Assembly: GCF_017792385.1 (NCBI RefSeq)
Contig: NZ_CP051230.1
Coordinates: 710,827-774,826, forward strand
DNA length: 64,000 nucleotides
Source: Hyphomonas sp.
GTDB lineage: Bacteria > Pseudomonadota > Alphaproteobacteria > Caulobacterales > Hyphomonadaceae
Direction of reading: 5' to 3'
Each line of letters starts with the position of its first letter. Positions within the stretch are counted from its first letter, which is position 1. The translations under genes and the position numbers were made by a program. The notes below the pieces were generated by a model that worked only from the letters and a program-made list of their open reading frames with translations, was not told where the DNA came from and ran no database searches. Positions 1 to 10,478 of this stretch are shown here, in pieces.

Positions 1-716
1 AGTGTCGTCGTGCCGGCATCGACCACAACGCCGGTGCCATTGTCGACGAACAGCTGGCGCTCGACCAGGGCGGCCAGATCACCAAAGCCGGGCGATCCGG
101 TCAGATTGATGCCCAGCTGCTTGACCGCATTGCGCTGCATCTCGACGATACGGACTTCCAGCAGGACCTGGTCCTTCGCCGCAATGTTCATCATGTTGAT
201 GACCTGCGTGTCGTCCCCTGCCCGGACATAGGCCGAAACAAGGCGCTCAACAGCGTCCGCCGCAGAGAGACTGTCCGCCGTTCCCGTCAGAACGACATTT
301 CCATTCACGCTTTCGATCCGGGCACGGGCATTCGGCACGTGGCGCGCAATCAGCTGCTGCAGCGCCGCCATGTCCATTTCGACATCGATTTCCAGGTTCA
401 GGATCTGGTTCCCGGCACGATCGAAGACAAACGCATTTGTCTGGCCGAAGCTGACCCCCCGGAAGATGATGCGCTTGGCCGTCTGGACCACCGCATCAGC
501 GATCTCGGGATTGGTGATCACCACGTCTGCCGCTGGCGTGTCGAGTTCGACCACCATCGACTTGTTGACGTTGATCGTGACCTGTTCGCTATAGGCTGAC
601 TCGCCGGGATGCGTGATCCGGGCCCCGATCGTGTCCGGCGCAGCCAGCGCGGCAGGCGCGGCGGACAGAGCTGTGGACAGGGCCAGAAGGCCCGGAAGAA
701 TGTGCGACGTCTTCAT
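1..716 (-). CDS. cpaC: Flp/Tad pilus secretin CpaC/RcpA, N-terminal part (runs off the left edge)
   Basis: Not in the ORF track. Manual minus-strand translation from ATG 716 gives MKTSHILPGLLALSTALSAAPAALA (signal peptide)...VTINVNKSMVVELDTPAADVVITNPEIADAVV...GVSFGQTNAFVFD...VVLTG...DQVLLEVRIVEMQRNAVKQLGIN, which is typical of CpaC. It lies directly downstream of cpaB. Confidence 0.9.
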   Translation of the reverse strand, partial: MKTSHILPGLLALSTALSAAPAALAAPDTIGARITHPGESAYSEQVTINVNKSMVVELDTPAADVVITNPEIADAVVQTAKRIIFRGVSFGQTNAFVFDRAGNQILNLEIDVEMDMAALQQLIARHVPNARARIESVNGNVVLTGTADSLSAADAVERLVSAYVRAGDDTQVINMMNIAAKDQVLLEVRIVEMQRNAVKQLGINLTGSPGFGDLAALVERQLFVDNGTGVVVDAGTTT

Positions 717-718
717 AC

Positions 719-1558
719 TCAACTTCCCCCCACACCGGCAGTCGATTGCTTGCCGCTGCGATAGACCTGGATGCCGCCATTGTTGCTGCCGCCATTCTCG
801 AGCAGATCGATCCGGGCGTCGCGATCAAACGTATCACCGACATCCGACCAGGGACGCAGCGCCAGCATCAGCTCGCCCTTGCGCTGGGCCATGGCGATCA
901 GTTCAGCTTCCTTGCTGTCAACTTCCAGCGTGGCGGTATTGCCCACTTGTGCGGCGCCATCGCCCTCCTCGGTGAGGTACACCTGGTCAATCGCCAGAAC
1001 GCGCACATTCTGCAGGATGGTGCTGGTGGCAGTCTTGTCGACCATCGCATCACCCGTCTGCACAGTGACTTCATAGGTCAGGATCACGTCGACACGGTCA
1101 TTCGGCAGGATGAAGCCACCGGAGGCTGACTCGGTTGAAATCTCTACCGATATGGCGCGCATGCCCGGCTCGATCAGCGCCGCCATCGTGCCGGTGTCGC
1201 CCTTCTTGACCAGCTTGCGCGGATGAATCGGTTCGTTCTGGAAGATCGGCACGCGCACGACGCTGCCGGCCACAAGTTCGATCGCATCCGGGGAGTCTTC
1301 ATCTGTGTGAAACCCCGGCACGATGCTGTTCTCGGGCCAGTTGGCCCATTTAAGGTCATCCACGGAAACATAGTCGCCGATTGACAGGTCGCGCTGCGCG
1401 ACGAGCACCTTGATCTCGGTGATCTCCATATGCTCGATCACCGTCGTCGGCTGCGCCGGTGCGGACGGACCCTGCTGGGCCAGGTTCCGGACCAGGAATG
1501 CCGCCGCGATGGCGGCAATGGCAGCTCCGATCAGGATGATTAGACGAATTGGCGACAT
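719..1558 (-). CDS. cpaB: Flp pilus assembly protein CpaB
   Basis: N-terminal TM, SAF-like segment (VLVAQRDLSIG), GMRAISVEIS...GFILPNDRVDVILT...LQNVRVLAIDQ motifs; Tad locus context. Confidence 0.95.
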   Translation of the reverse strand: MSPIRLIILIGAAIAAIAAAFLVRNLAQQGPSAPAQPTTVIEHMEITEIKVLVAQRDLSIGDYVSVDDLKWANWPENSIVPGFHTDEDSPDAIELVAGSVVRVPIFQNEPIHPRKLVKKGDTGTMAALIEPGMRAISVEISTESASGGFILPNDRVDVILTYEVTVQTGDAMVDKTATSTILQNVRVLAIDQVYLTEEGDGAAQVGNTATLEVDSKEAELIAMAQRKGELMLALRPWSDVGDTFDRDARIDLLENGGSNNGGIQVYRSGKQSTAGVGGS

Positions 1559-1647
1559 GAGGCCCCACTCCTCCGGAAATACGACACCTCGGAAAATCGT
1601 GTTCGACTCAGCGATGTCCGATCAGGGATGACAATTTCATATGCTGC

Positions 1648-1663
1648 CTAAAGCATCGTTAAC
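1648..1663. promoter_or_regulatory. CtrA-binding site upstream of cpaB
   Basis: CTAA-AGCATCG-TTAAC is TTAA-N7-TTAAC with one mismatch. It overlaps the cpaA stop codon about 90 nt upstream of cpaB; Caulobacter cpa genes are CtrA-regulated. Confidence 0.6.
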
Positions 1664-2174
1664 CGAAATTGCTGATCCGGCTTAATACTTCGGCAAGAAA
1701 CGGCGACTGGGCTCCGGCGGCAAACGCGCCCGCGGCGATGGCCACGCCATAGGGAACGCCGGCCTTCTCCTCGAACGGGGCCCGGATGGCACCCGGCACC
1801 GCCTCGGCGGGCATCGTCATGCGCACAAGGATGATGATCACGGCGCAGGCGCCACCGGCTACGGCCATTGTGAACAGGAAGGTGATGCTGGCTGACGGCC
1901 CGACCCACAACATCACCGCCGGGATCATCTTTGCGTCCCCTCCCCCGAAAATGTTGAAGGCGAACAGGCCGAACGCGATCAGCAGCGCACAGGCCGCCGC
2001 GATGACATGCCCCCCGATGATTTCCAGCGGAACACCGGACACGGCGGCTGCCGGCACAAAGAGCAGTGCCAGCGTCAGGTTCAGCCAGTTCGGAATGGTC
2101 AGCCGGTTCACATCGTGCAACGCAGCGAATACGCACAGGGCCAGGAACAGGCCGGCGAGCAGGGACAAGATCAT
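1659..2174 (-). CDS. cpaA: Prepilin peptidase CpaA/TadV (A24 family)
   Basis: AALHDVNRLTIPN and FGGGDAKM catalytic Asp motifs, C-terminal VPYGVAI; lies between pilin and cpaB. Confidence 0.95.
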   Translation of the reverse strand: MILSLLAGLFLALCVFAALHDVNRLTIPNWLNLTLALLFVPAAAVSGVPLEIIGGHVIAAACALLIAFGLFAFNIFGGGDAKMIPAVMLWVGPSASITFLFTMAVAGGACAVIIILVRMTMPAEAVPGAIRAPFEEKAGVPYGVAIAAGAFAAGAQSPFLAEVLSRISNFG

Positions 2175-2250
2175 GGATACGTCCTTCAGGTCGGTTTTCG
2201 CGGGCCAACCTGCCCCAAAAGACTGAAGGAAGTTTTTAAACGCGCCGCCC

Positions 2251-2290
2251 CAAACGAAAGAGGCCGCCTGGTTTGCCCAGGCGGCCTCAT
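2251..2290 (-). terminator. Rho-independent terminator after the pilin gene
   Basis: GAGGCCGCCTGG (2260-2271) / CCAGGCGGCCTC (2277-2288) 12-bp stem, followed on the minus strand by TTTCGTTT. Confidence 0.85.
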
Positions 2291-2318
2291 TGCTAAAGTC
2301 TAGGCTTGTAGCCTGAAC

Positions 2319-2480
2319 TTAGGCGCCGTTCATCGACGTAGCGACGTTCTGGAACTTGTCGTTCACAGACTTACCAAGGGCGGTAGCACCACCGATGATA
2401 GCAACAGCGATCAGAGCAGCGATCAGGCCGTATTCAATAGCCGTGGCGCCAGACTCGTCTTTCAGAAAACGTGCAAACAT
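2319..2480 (-). CDS. pilA: Flp family type IVb pilin (53 aa, below the ORF-track cutoff)
   Basis: Manual translation MFARFLKDESGATAIEYGLIAALIAVAIIGGATALGKSVNDKFQNVATSMNGA, with the G|ATAIEY Flp motif and an upstream GGAG RBS. Confidence 0.97.
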   Translation of the reverse strand: MFARFLKDESGATAIEYGLIAALIAVAIIGGATALGKSVNDKFQNVATSMNGA

Positions 2481-2785
2481 TGGAAACTCCCATCATGCAA
2501 TTGTTTTTGCCCCGGCAAAATCCTCTACCCGGAACATGATGGAACCTACCCAATCATTCTCAACATCACATGAAAGAAAAGAGAAAATCCATGAAGGCGG
2601 GTGAGGGATTTGTTTACCATCTGTATGCCCGCAAAATCAGGCGTTCAGGTGATTCGGTCCCATGGCCCCTTCCCTATTATAAAGACCAGTCTGTGTAAAA
2701 TGCCGTGCAGGGGTAACCCGGTTAGGAAACGCGCAACCTTCTTCAGGGAAAGTGCCGATGCTGATTGATCCTTGGAGCCAGCCTG

Positions 2786-3229
2786 ATGAACCTGTTCGCG
2801 AAGTTCTGCGCCCTGCCGGCGATTGCGGCAACCCTGTCCCAGGCAGCCCTTGCCGGACCGATTTCCGTCGAGCTCAACAAGACAATTCCGCTGCACCTGC
2901 GCAGCGAGGCGGCCAGCATCGTGCTCGGCAATCCGGCAATTGCGGACGTCTCCGTTCATGATGACCAGCTCCTTTTCCTGACCGGAAAGTCCTTCGGCAC
3001 GACCAATCTGCTGGTCTTTGACAAGTCCGGCCGTCAGATCTTCTCGTCCGACATTGTCGTGACAGCGGATGAAGCAAACCTGGTCACCGTCAACCGGTCT
3101 GGATCCAGCTTTACCTATGACTGTGCGCCGACCTGCCGCCCCACCCTGAATCCGGGTGACAATCCGGGCCATTTCGACCAGCAGCTCCAGCAGCAGCAGG
3201 GTGTGCGCGAAACAACCGACACACGCTAG
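2786..3229 (+). CDS. Pilus assembly protein, secretin N-terminal-domain family (T2SS/T3SS pil_N)
   Basis: Signal peptide, then SIVLGNPAIADVSV...LTGKSFGTTNLLVFD; C-terminal C-x-P-x-C. ATG 2786 has a GGAG RBS, whereas the track start at 2765 is TTG. Confidence 0.85.
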   Translation: MNLFAKFCALPAIAATLSQAALAGPISVELNKTIPLHLRSEAASIVLGNPAIADVSVHDDQLLFLTGKSFGTTNLLVFDKSGRQIFSSDIVVTADEANLVTVNRSGSSFTYDCAPTCRPTLNPGDNPGHFDQQLQQQQGVRETTDTR

Positions 3230-3337
3230 ACGCGCAGAAACCGCGCCCCGGCGCGGTCCAGACGCCGAAATCGATAAAATTCAACATATCGCTGCAACGG
3301 CATGACAACCCAGATCCGCTAGGGTGACCCTCTACTC

Positions 3338-3919
3338 ATGAGGGTGGTTTGGGTCATGATACTGACGACACAGAACGGAATTGTTGCGCCAAGGCTGCGC
3401 CGCAAGTTTGAACAATGGTGTGAAGACCGGCGCGGCATTGCCGCGGTCGAGTTCGCACTGGTGTCCGTGCCTTTCTTCTTCCTGATCTTTGGCCTGATGG
3501 AGGTCTGCCTGGTCTTCATCATGGCTTCGGTCCTGGAACACGCGCTGGCAGAAGCGTCCCGTAAGATCCGCACGGGCCAGGCGCAGGACAGCGGCTTCAC
3601 CAAGGTCGAATTCCGCACCGAAGTCTGCTCGAAATTCTACAATCTGCTGAATTGCGATGACCATCTCTATATTGACGTGCGTTCGCTCGACAATTTCAGT
3701 TCGGCCGACATCACCACGCCGCTGGACAAGGATGGCGAGATCGACGATTCCGATTTCCGCTACGATCCGGGGTCTGCAAACGATGTGGTCGCAATCCGTG
3801 TTCTGTATGAATGGAAACTGCTGACGCCGTGGATTTCCGCGCCGCTGTCCAATCTTCCGAACAACCGCCACCTGCTGCAATCGAACGCGGTGTTCCGCAA
3901 CGAACCTTTCGGAGACTGA
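3338..3919 (+). CDS. TadE/TadG family pseudopilin
   Basis: RRGIAAVEFALVSVPFFFLIFG prepilin-like motif; start may be ATG 3356. Confidence 0.9.
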   Translation: MRVVWVMILTTQNGIVAPRLRRKFEQWCEDRRGIAAVEFALVSVPFFFLIFGLMEVCLVFIMASVLEHALAEASRKIRTGQAQDSGFTKVEFRTEVCSKFYNLLNCDDHLYIDVRSLDNFSSADITTPLDKDGEIDDSDFRYDPGSANDVVAIRVLYEWKLLTPWISAPLSNLPNNRHLLQSNAVFRNEPFGD

Positions 3920-4527
3920 TGACCATGTCTGTGAAATCGATTCTTTCCCGGTTGAACCCCCGCCTGAAATGGCGTGGCGTGCGCGGCATCCGCTACAATG
4001 AGGAAGGTGTCTCGGCGGTCGAATTCGCCCTGATCGCCCCCGTCCTGATCCTGATCTATCTCGGCGCAGTCGAGCTCAGCCTGCTGATGCGCGTCGACCG
4101 CCGCGTGACCTCGACCACGGCCAGCCTCGGTGACCTGACGGCCCGTCTGGCCACGGTCACCGATGACGACATGAAGGAAATGTTCGCCGCAGCCGAAGTG
4201 ATGATGCAGCCCTATGACGCCAAGAGCGCCACGATGCGGCTGTCCAGCATCGTCGACAAGGGCGACGGCAAGCCGGTCGTCGACTGGTCGGATGCCTACA
4301 TGATGACAGCTTATGCCAAGGGCGCTTCGATCGATCTGCCGGACGGCATCGTGTCCACGCCCGGATCCATTATCATGGCGGAAGTCGTCTACGAGCATGA
4401 CAGCAAGTTGGGCGGCTTTCTGAAGTCCTCACGGACAATCAGCGACAAATTCTATCTCCGCCCGCGCCGGGTCGACGAGATCACCCGGGTCACCAAGGGT
4501 GGCAGCCCGTTCGGACCGACCAGCTAG
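3919..4527 (+). CDS. TadE/TadG family pseudopilin (second)
   Basis: EEGVSAVEFALIAPVLILIYLG motif; TGATG overlap with the previous gene (alternative start 3925). Confidence 0.9.
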   Translation: MTMSVKSILSRLNPRLKWRGVRGIRYNEEGVSAVEFALIAPVLILIYLGAVELSLLMRVDRRVTSTTASLGDLTARLATVTDDDMKEMFAAAEVMMQPYDAKSATMRLSSIVDKGDGKPVVDWSDAYMMTAYAKGASIDLPDGIVSTPGSIIMAEVVYEHDSKLGGFLKSSRTISDKFYLRPRRVDEITRVTKGGSPFGPTS

Positions 4528-4541
4528 GTCAGGGCCCTGCC

Positions 4542-6059
4542 CTATTCTGCCGGGGTGCGCCCGACCCGCACCGTGGTCAGCACCGCAAAGCCCAGGAAGA
4601 ACAACAGCGCGATGGCCGACATGCCGACGCGCTGGCTGTTCGACCAGGTCGTGAACAGCTCGATCAGTAGCGGGCCGATCCAGACGGTCACGGTTCCGGC
4701 AATCGCATACAGGCCGAAGAACTCGCCCCGCATATGGGTCGGCGCAATGTGCACCAGCATCGACCGGCTGGACGAGATATTGGCCGTCGCGAACACACCG
4801 ATCAGGGCGCCGTTGAGCAGATAGGTGACGTCCGACAGGCTCGAGAAGACCGGGGCCTCCCACAATTGCCGGTTCTCGAACAGGCCGAACAGGATCGAGT
4901 CCCGCGTCACCGACAGGCCGAAGAACAGGATGATCACAATGGCCATCAATTCCATCAGCAGGGCATTCTTCGGACCGAGCTTTGAGTCGAACCAGCCACC
5001 GGCCACCCCGCCCACAGCGGCCCAGATCGAGGCCCAGATGGCATAGACTGTCAGCTCGACAATGCCCCAGCCGAGAAACAGGCTGACATAGACCGCCGCC
5101 AGCGCCAGCAGCGCGAACATGCCGTCGGCATAGATTGTCCGGGCGATCAGGAATTTGAACGCTTCCCGATACTGCGCGGCCTTGCGCACGGTGCGGATGA
5201 CGCCCTCCGCCCCGGTCTTCACTGATGGCAGGAAGGGCGTGCCCTTTACCCCGGTATCCTTCGAATACAGGAAGAAGGGAATGATCATCACGGCCAGCCA
5301 GACCGCACAGATCGGGCCGGAAATCCGGAAATGCTCATACTTTGTCGTGTCGATCCCGAACAGCGGCTCGGCAAACGGCCAGCTCAGCATGTCCGGAAGG
5401 GCGAACATGAACACGATGGCCACGAACAACAGGGTTGCCGCCGCATTGCCCAGCGCCAGGCCCAGCCCGGACACGCCCGGCAGGGCCGACGGACGGGCCG
5501 CATCCGGCAACATGGAATTGTGCGTCACTTCGCTGAACGTATAGGTGACATAGGCGGCAATCAGGATGGCAATCACCGTGCCCGTGGAAAAGCCGGCTTC
5601 GCCCGGCACCGCCCACCAGAGCAGGAAGCTCAGGACCGACAGCACCCCCAGGAACAGCACCAGCAATGGCTTGCGCCTCAGGCCCCGGTCAAACGCCGCG
5701 CCCAGGAAGGGGGCCGTCAGCGCGGCAATCGCGCCGGCCCATTTCGACAGGGAGGCGACCACCGCCTGGCCCTTCGCACCGGCCACCTGACGGGCCGTTT
5801 CCGGGTCCATGCCCTCCAGTTCGCCACTGGCCAGGATGTCCGCGCCGATGATGTCACGCGCGAAATAGGGCGCAAAGACATAGATGATGATCAGGATGTA
5901 ATAGGGATTGCGGGCCCATTCGAACCAGGCCCAGGCCAGCCCTGTCTTGCCCAGCACGCCGCCTTCGCCCGCCGTCGGCGTGACCTGCGACTCCACAATC
6001 GCCGCCTCCTCGTCCTGCCCGGGCGAAATATAGGTCTCGGTCATGCGGTATCCTCCCAT
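4542..6059 (-). CDS. MFS transporter (UMF1/ATG22-like)
   Basis: AWAWFEWARNPY N-terminal motif, about 12 TM segments, C-terminal RGEFFGLYA; start may be 6044. Confidence 0.85.
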   Translation of the reverse strand: MGGYRMTETYISPGQDEEAAIVESQVTPTAGEGGVLGKTGLAWAWFEWARNPYYILIIIYVFAPYFARDIIGADILASGELEGMDPETARQVAGAKGQAVVASLSKWAGAIAALTAPFLGAAFDRGLRRKPLLVLFLGVLSVLSFLLWWAVPGEAGFSTGTVIAILIAAYVTYTFSEVTHNSMLPDAARPSALPGVSGLGLALGNAAATLLFVAIVFMFALPDMLSWPFAEPLFGIDTTKYEHFRISGPICAVWLAVMIIPFFLYSKDTGVKGTPFLPSVKTGAEGVIRTVRKAAQYREAFKFLIARTIYADGMFALLALAAVYVSLFLGWGIVELTVYAIWASIWAAVGGVAGGWFDSKLGPKNALLMELMAIVIILFFGLSVTRDSILFGLFENRQLWEAPVFSSLSDVTYLLNGALIGVFATANISSSRSMLVHIAPTHMRGEFFGLYAIAGTVTVWIGPLLIELFTTWSNSQRVGMSAIALLFFLGFAVLTTVRVGRTPAE

Positions 6060-6136
6060 GTGCCGCGTGCCGGCATCTGCCGCCTAGCCTGCACATTCGC
6101 GGAGAAAGGGAAAGCGGTTTTGCCCCTGTCCCGGCG

Positions 6137-7561
6137 TCAGGCCGAAAGCTTTCCGGCCAGCTCGGCGGCATATTTCGTGATGTCCCCCGCCCCCAGGCAA
6201 ACCACCATCGCGCCGGGCTCGGCCAGTGCCTTCAGGGCGTCCGGCAACGCCTCCAGCGAACCAATCGTCGCCGCCCCGCGATGCCCGTTGCGGGAGATGC
6301 TGGCCACCAGGCTCTCATGGCTGATTCCGTCGATCGGACTCTCCCCGGCCTCATAGACCGGCGCCACCAGAACATGGTCGGCCTGGTCGAAGCAGCGCGA
6401 GAAATCCTCGAACAGATCGCGCAGCCGGGTATAGCGGTGCGGCTGGCACACCGCGATCAGCTGCCCCTGCCCCTGCATCGCCCGCGCCGCTTTGAGCACA
6501 GCGGAAATCTCCACGGGATGGTGGCCGTAATCATCAATGATGCGCACCGGGGGCTGATCCGCTACGGGCAGCCATTCCCCCACCTGCGTGAAGCGGCGCT
6601 TCACCCCGCCGAACTGGCCCATGGAGCTGCGGATCTGGTCATCCGTCGCGCCCAGCTCCAGCGCCACGGCAACTGCGGCCAGCACGTTCTGCACATTGTG
6701 CTCGCCGGCCATGGGCAGGGTCAAATTCTCGATCATGCGCGGCTGCGCCGATCCCGGCCGGCGCAGCGCCACGTCGAAATGCGCCCCCGACAAATCGGTT
6801 GTCAGGTTCACGGCGCGGACATCGGCCTGGCGGTTGAAGCCATAGGTGATGCGTCGGCGGTCGGTGACGCGCGCGGCCAGTCCCTGCACTTCCGGATGGT
6901 CCGTGCACAGCACGGCAAAGCCGTAAAAAGGCAAATTCTCCACGAACGTGTCGAATGCCTCGCGCAATTTTTCCATCGAGCCGTAATGATCCATATGTTC
7001 GGGGTCGATATTGGTCACCACGGCGCAGGTCGGGTGCAGCTTGGCGAACGTGCCGTCGCTTTCATCACTCTCCACCACCATCCAGTCGCTCTCGCCCGCC
7101 TTGTAGTTCGAGCCATAGGCGTGGATGATGCCGCCATTGATGACCGTCGGGTCGATGTTTGCCCCGTCCAGCAGCGCCGCGACCATGCTGGTCGTCGTCG
7201 TCTTGCCATGCGTGCCGGCGATACAGACCGTGTATTTCAGGCGCGTGATCTCGGCCAGCATATTGGCCCGCCGCACAACCGGAATGCCCGCCGCCCGCGC
7301 CGCGTCCACTTCCGGATTTCCAGCCTTGATGGCGGAGGAAATGATGACCGTTCCGGCGCCTTTCACATTTTCGGCCTTGTGGCCGATAAAGATTTTCGCG
7401 CCCCGCTCGCGCAGGCGCTGGATATTGTCCGACTCGCGGATGTCGGAGCCCTGTACCTCATAGCCCATCGTGATCATCACATCCGCAATGCCGGACATGC
7501 CAATGCCGCCAATGCCGATAATATGCGCCGGCCCAAGGTCGAAAGGAGTGGGAGAAGTCAT
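6137..7561 (-). CDS. murC: UDP-N-acetylmuramate--L-alanine ligase
   Basis: [43 protein letters not shown] motifs. Confidence 0.98.
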   Translation of the reverse strand: MTSPTPFDLGPAHIIGIGGIGMSGIADVMITMGYEVQGSDIRESDNIQRLRERGAKIFIGHKAENVKGAGTVIISSAIKAGNPEVDAARAAGIPVVRRANMLAEITRLKYTVCIAGTHGKTTTTSMVAALLDGANIDPTVINGGIIHAYGSNYKAGESDWMVVESDESDGTFAKLHPTCAVVTNIDPEHMDHYGSMEKLREAFDTFVENLPFYGFAVLCTDHPEVQGLAARVTDRRRITYGFNRQADVRAVNLTTDLSGAHFDVALRRPGSAQPRMIENLTLPMAGEHNVQNVLAAVAVALELGATDDQIRSSMGQFGGVKRRFTQVGEWLPVADQPPVRIIDDYGHHPVEISAVLKAARAMQGQGQLIAVCQPHRYTRLRDLFEDFSRCFDQADHVLVAPVYEAGESPIDGISHESLVASISRNGHRGAATIGSLEALPDALKALAEPGAMVVCLGAGDITKYAAELAGKLSA

Positions 7562-7751
7562 TCAGGATCGTCCAGATAGGGAAACGGGAACGCCTAGCGA
7601 TACCGTGACGCGGGAGCGCGAAGCAAGCGCTGCTTCTGCATGACGCAATCATGAAACCTTTCGGCGAATGCTTGAACCCCGAACCTGACGTCCCAACATG
7701 ACTGGAATGAGGCGCAATTCTGGTGCTTCACGACATCCCGGAGCCGCCATC

Positions 7752-8240
7752 ATGACCAAGCATCTGGCCCAGTTGAATGTCGGCCGCCTTGTCGCCCCGA
7801 CCGATGACCCGCGCGTCAAGGACTTCATGGACAATCTCGATCTCGTCAACGGAATCGGAAAATCCATGCCGGGATTTGTCTGGATGATGGAAGGCTCGGG
7901 CGAGCCCGGACAGGGCAATACCGACGCAAAGATAGATGACGACCCGCAATTCGTGGCGAATCTGACGGTCTGGGAAGACGTCAAAAGCCTCGAAACCTTT
8001 GTCTGGGGTACCATCCACCGCAAATTCTACGAACGCCGGGCCGAATGGTTCGACCTGATGCAGGACATGCACTTCGTCATGTGGTGGGTGCCCGAAGGGC
8101 ATACGCCCACACTGGAGGAAGCCCTTGAACGCCTCGCCTTGCGCCAACGGGATGGCGATACCGCAGAGGCATTCGGATGGGAGTGGCTGCGGGACGCCAA
8201 AATGCACAAGACTCATGCCTGCGCGCCGCGGGTGGCCTAA
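7752..8240 (+). CDS. DUF3291 domain protein
   Basis: HLAQLNVG...PGFVW...[15 protein letters not shown]...[12 protein letters not shown] family pattern; likely start ATG 7752. Confidence 0.85.
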   Translation: MTKHLAQLNVGRLVAPTDDPRVKDFMDNLDLVNGIGKSMPGFVWMMEGSGEPGQGNTDAKIDDDPQFVANLTVWEDVKSLETFVWGTIHRKFYERRAEWFDLMQDMHFVMWWVPEGHTPTLEEALERLALRQRDGDTAEAFGWEWLRDAKMHKTHACAPRVA

Positions 8241-9334
8241 AGCTCCGCCACCCGTTCCGCCATGTCGGCCAGATCCTTCGCCGCATTGATCTTGGCCGAA
8301 GCCTTTGCCGTCGCAGCGCGCGCTTTCAACTCCTCCGCATCCTGCAGGCGGGCTGTGATCAGCCCGCCCAGCAATTGCGGATACAGATTGCTTTCCAGGA
8401 TCATGTCGGCCGCGCCGATCTCGGTCAGCGCTTCGGCATTGGCGGCCTGGTGGTCGTCCATGGCAATCGCCAGCGGGATCAGGATGGAAGGCCGGCCCAC
8501 CGCCGCAATTTCCGAGACCGTCCCGGCCCCGGACCGGGCGATCACCAGATGCGCCTGTGACAGCTTTTCCGGCATGTCAGCAAAGAATGGCGACAGTTCC
8601 GCCTCGATCTTCATGCGGCGATACATGTTGTCGACAAAGGCATATTGTTCCTTGCGTACCTGCTGGATGACGCGCAGCCGCGCCTGCAACGGCGGTGGCA
8701 CATGGTCCACGATCGCCGCCGGGATCGTCTCACCAATGATCTTGGATCCCTGGCTGCCGCCGGTGATCAGAATGGTCAGCTTGTCATCCGTCGCCGGAAA
8801 GGGATCGTCCCGCCGCGCCAGAATGGCTTCGCGCACCGGATTGCCAACCGCCAGATGCGCACTCCAGGAGGGCAGCCTGTCGAGGCGCTCGAACCCGCTG
8901 GCCACCAGCTTGGCCTGACGGGCAAAGCGCCGGTTCACCCGGCCCAGCACCGCGTTCTGCTCATGAATGATGATCGGCACATTCATACGCCGCGCGGCCG
9001 CCAGTGCCGGAAAGGCCGGATAGCCGCCAAAGCCCGCCATCAGGCTGGGACGTGTTTCGCGGATCAGGGTCTTGGCCCGGGAAATGCCGGCATTGATCTT
9101 CAGCGCCGCGGCCGGCAGCGTCCAGGGTTTGCGAAAGTTTGGCGAGGCCGCCTGCACCTGCTCCAGCCAGTCCGCCGGGAAATCCTTGGCATATTTCGCG
9201 CCGCGCTTGTCCGAAATCAGGCCGATCTTCCAGCCCCTCGCCCGCATCTCGTCAGCAAAGGCCCGGGCGGGAAACATGTGCCCGCCGGTACCGCCTGCTG
9301 CAATGATGACGAGCTTGTCTTTCGTGTCAGCCAT
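8237..9334 (-). CDS. murG: Undecaprenyl-PP-MurNAc-pentapeptide GlcNAc transferase
   Basis: [36 protein letters not shown] motifs; start trimmed to MADTK. Confidence 0.98.
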   Translation of the reverse strand: MADTKDKLVIIAAGGTGGHMFPARAFADEMRARGWKIGLISDKRGAKYAKDFPADWLEQVQAASPNFRKPWTLPAAALKINAGISRAKTLIRETRPSLMAGFGGYPAFPALAAARRMNVPIIIHEQNAVLGRVNRRFARQAKLVASGFERLDRLPSWSAHLAVGNPVREAILARRDDPFPATDDKLTILITGGSQGSKIIGETIPAAIVDHVPPPLQARLRVIQQVRKEQYAFVDNMYRRMKIEAELSPFFADMPEKLSQAHLVIARSGAGTVSEIAAVGRPSILIPLAIAMDDHQAANAEALTEIGAADMILESNLYPQLLGGLITARLQDAEELKARAATAKASAKINAAKDLADMAERVAEL

Positions 9335-10478
9335 ACCGGCCCCTTGTGCGCGTGCCTTGTCCGCGCACAAGTGCCAGCGCAAGGCCCAGTGTCAATCCCG
9401 TCCCGATCATGGACGAGCCGCCATAGGACACAAATGGCAGTGTCATGCCCTTGGGCGGGATAAGGGCCAAGTTTACCGCAATGTTTATGGCAGCCTGAAG
9501 GCCAAACAGCGTGAAGAGTCCGGCACTGGCTGCGCGTGCATAACCATCATGCACGCGGGAACTGGCGCGGAACCCTCTCAGGATCAGAAGCACGAAGATT
9601 GCCATCAGGACGAGGGCGGCAATCAGGCCGAACTCCTCCACCATGACGGCAAAGATGAAATCGGTGTGCGCGTCCGGCAGATGGATCTTAACCTGCCCCT
9701 CCCCCGGGCCGACGCCGAACAGGCCGCCGCGCCCGATCGCCTCGGCCGCCCGGTCGATCTGGTAGGTGTCCGCCGATCCCGGATTGAGAAAACTGTTCAC
9801 GCGGAACCGCACATGCGGCAGCAGGGCATACAGGGACGCAGACAGGCCCACACCGCCCACGGCAAATCCGGCCGCCCATTTCCACGGCAGCCCGCTGACA
9901 AAGAAGGTCACCACAAAGGCCGCTGTCAGCAGCACTGACTGGCCGACATCGGGTTGCAACAGCAACAGGCCAAGCGTCACGGCGTAGAAGAGGAAAGCAG
10001 TCACGGCCCATGGGCCGTCCGGATACTGTTCACGCTGGGCCAGCAACCAGCCGCCCAGCACGATCAGCGCCGGCTTGACCATCTCGCTCGGCTGCAGGGA
10101 GAAACCGGCAATGCGCAGCCAGCGCTGCGCGCCCTTGGCTTCATGACCCCAGACAAGAATGAAGAACATCAGCGTCAGGCTGACCACGAAAACCAGCGTC
10201 GCAAACCGCCGGGCCCAGGTCCGGTCCAGCATGCTGACTGCCACCATGATGACGCCGCCCAGTCCGGCGAAACAGACCTGACGAAACACGAAGAAGTATT
10301 CATCGGCATAGCCGATGCGCGTCGCTGCTGTCGGTCCGGCCGCCAGCGACATCAACAGGCCAATCGCCATCAGGAAGAAAGCACCGCCGAGCAGGCCCCA
10401 ATCGAGCGTCCGCCGCCACTCGGTCAGCCAGGACATGTCCGAGCGTGCGAGCAATGGGGCGGACGATACGTAGGTCAA
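9327..10478 (-). CDS. ftsW: Cell division protein FtsW (SEDS)
   Basis: [42 protein letters not shown] motifs. Confidence 0.97.
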   Translation of the reverse strand: MTYVSSAPLLARSDMSWLTEWRRTLDWGLLGGAFFLMAIGLLMSLAAGPTAATRIGYADEYFFVFRQVCFAGLGGVIMVAVSMLDRTWARRFATLVFVVSLTLMFFILVWGHEAKGAQRWLRIAGFSLQPSEMVKPALIVLGGWLLAQREQYPDGPWAVTAFLFYAVTLGLLLLQPDVGQSVLLTAAFVVTFFVSGLPWKWAAGFAVGGVGLSASLYALLPHVRFRVNSFLNPGSADTYQIDRAAEAIGRGGLFGVGPGEGQVKIHLPDAHTDFIFAVMVEEFGLIAALVLMAIFVLLILRGFRASSRVHDGYARAASAGLFTLFGLQAAINIAVNLALIPPKGMTLPFVSYGGSSMIGTGLTLGLALALVRGQGTRTRGRYG

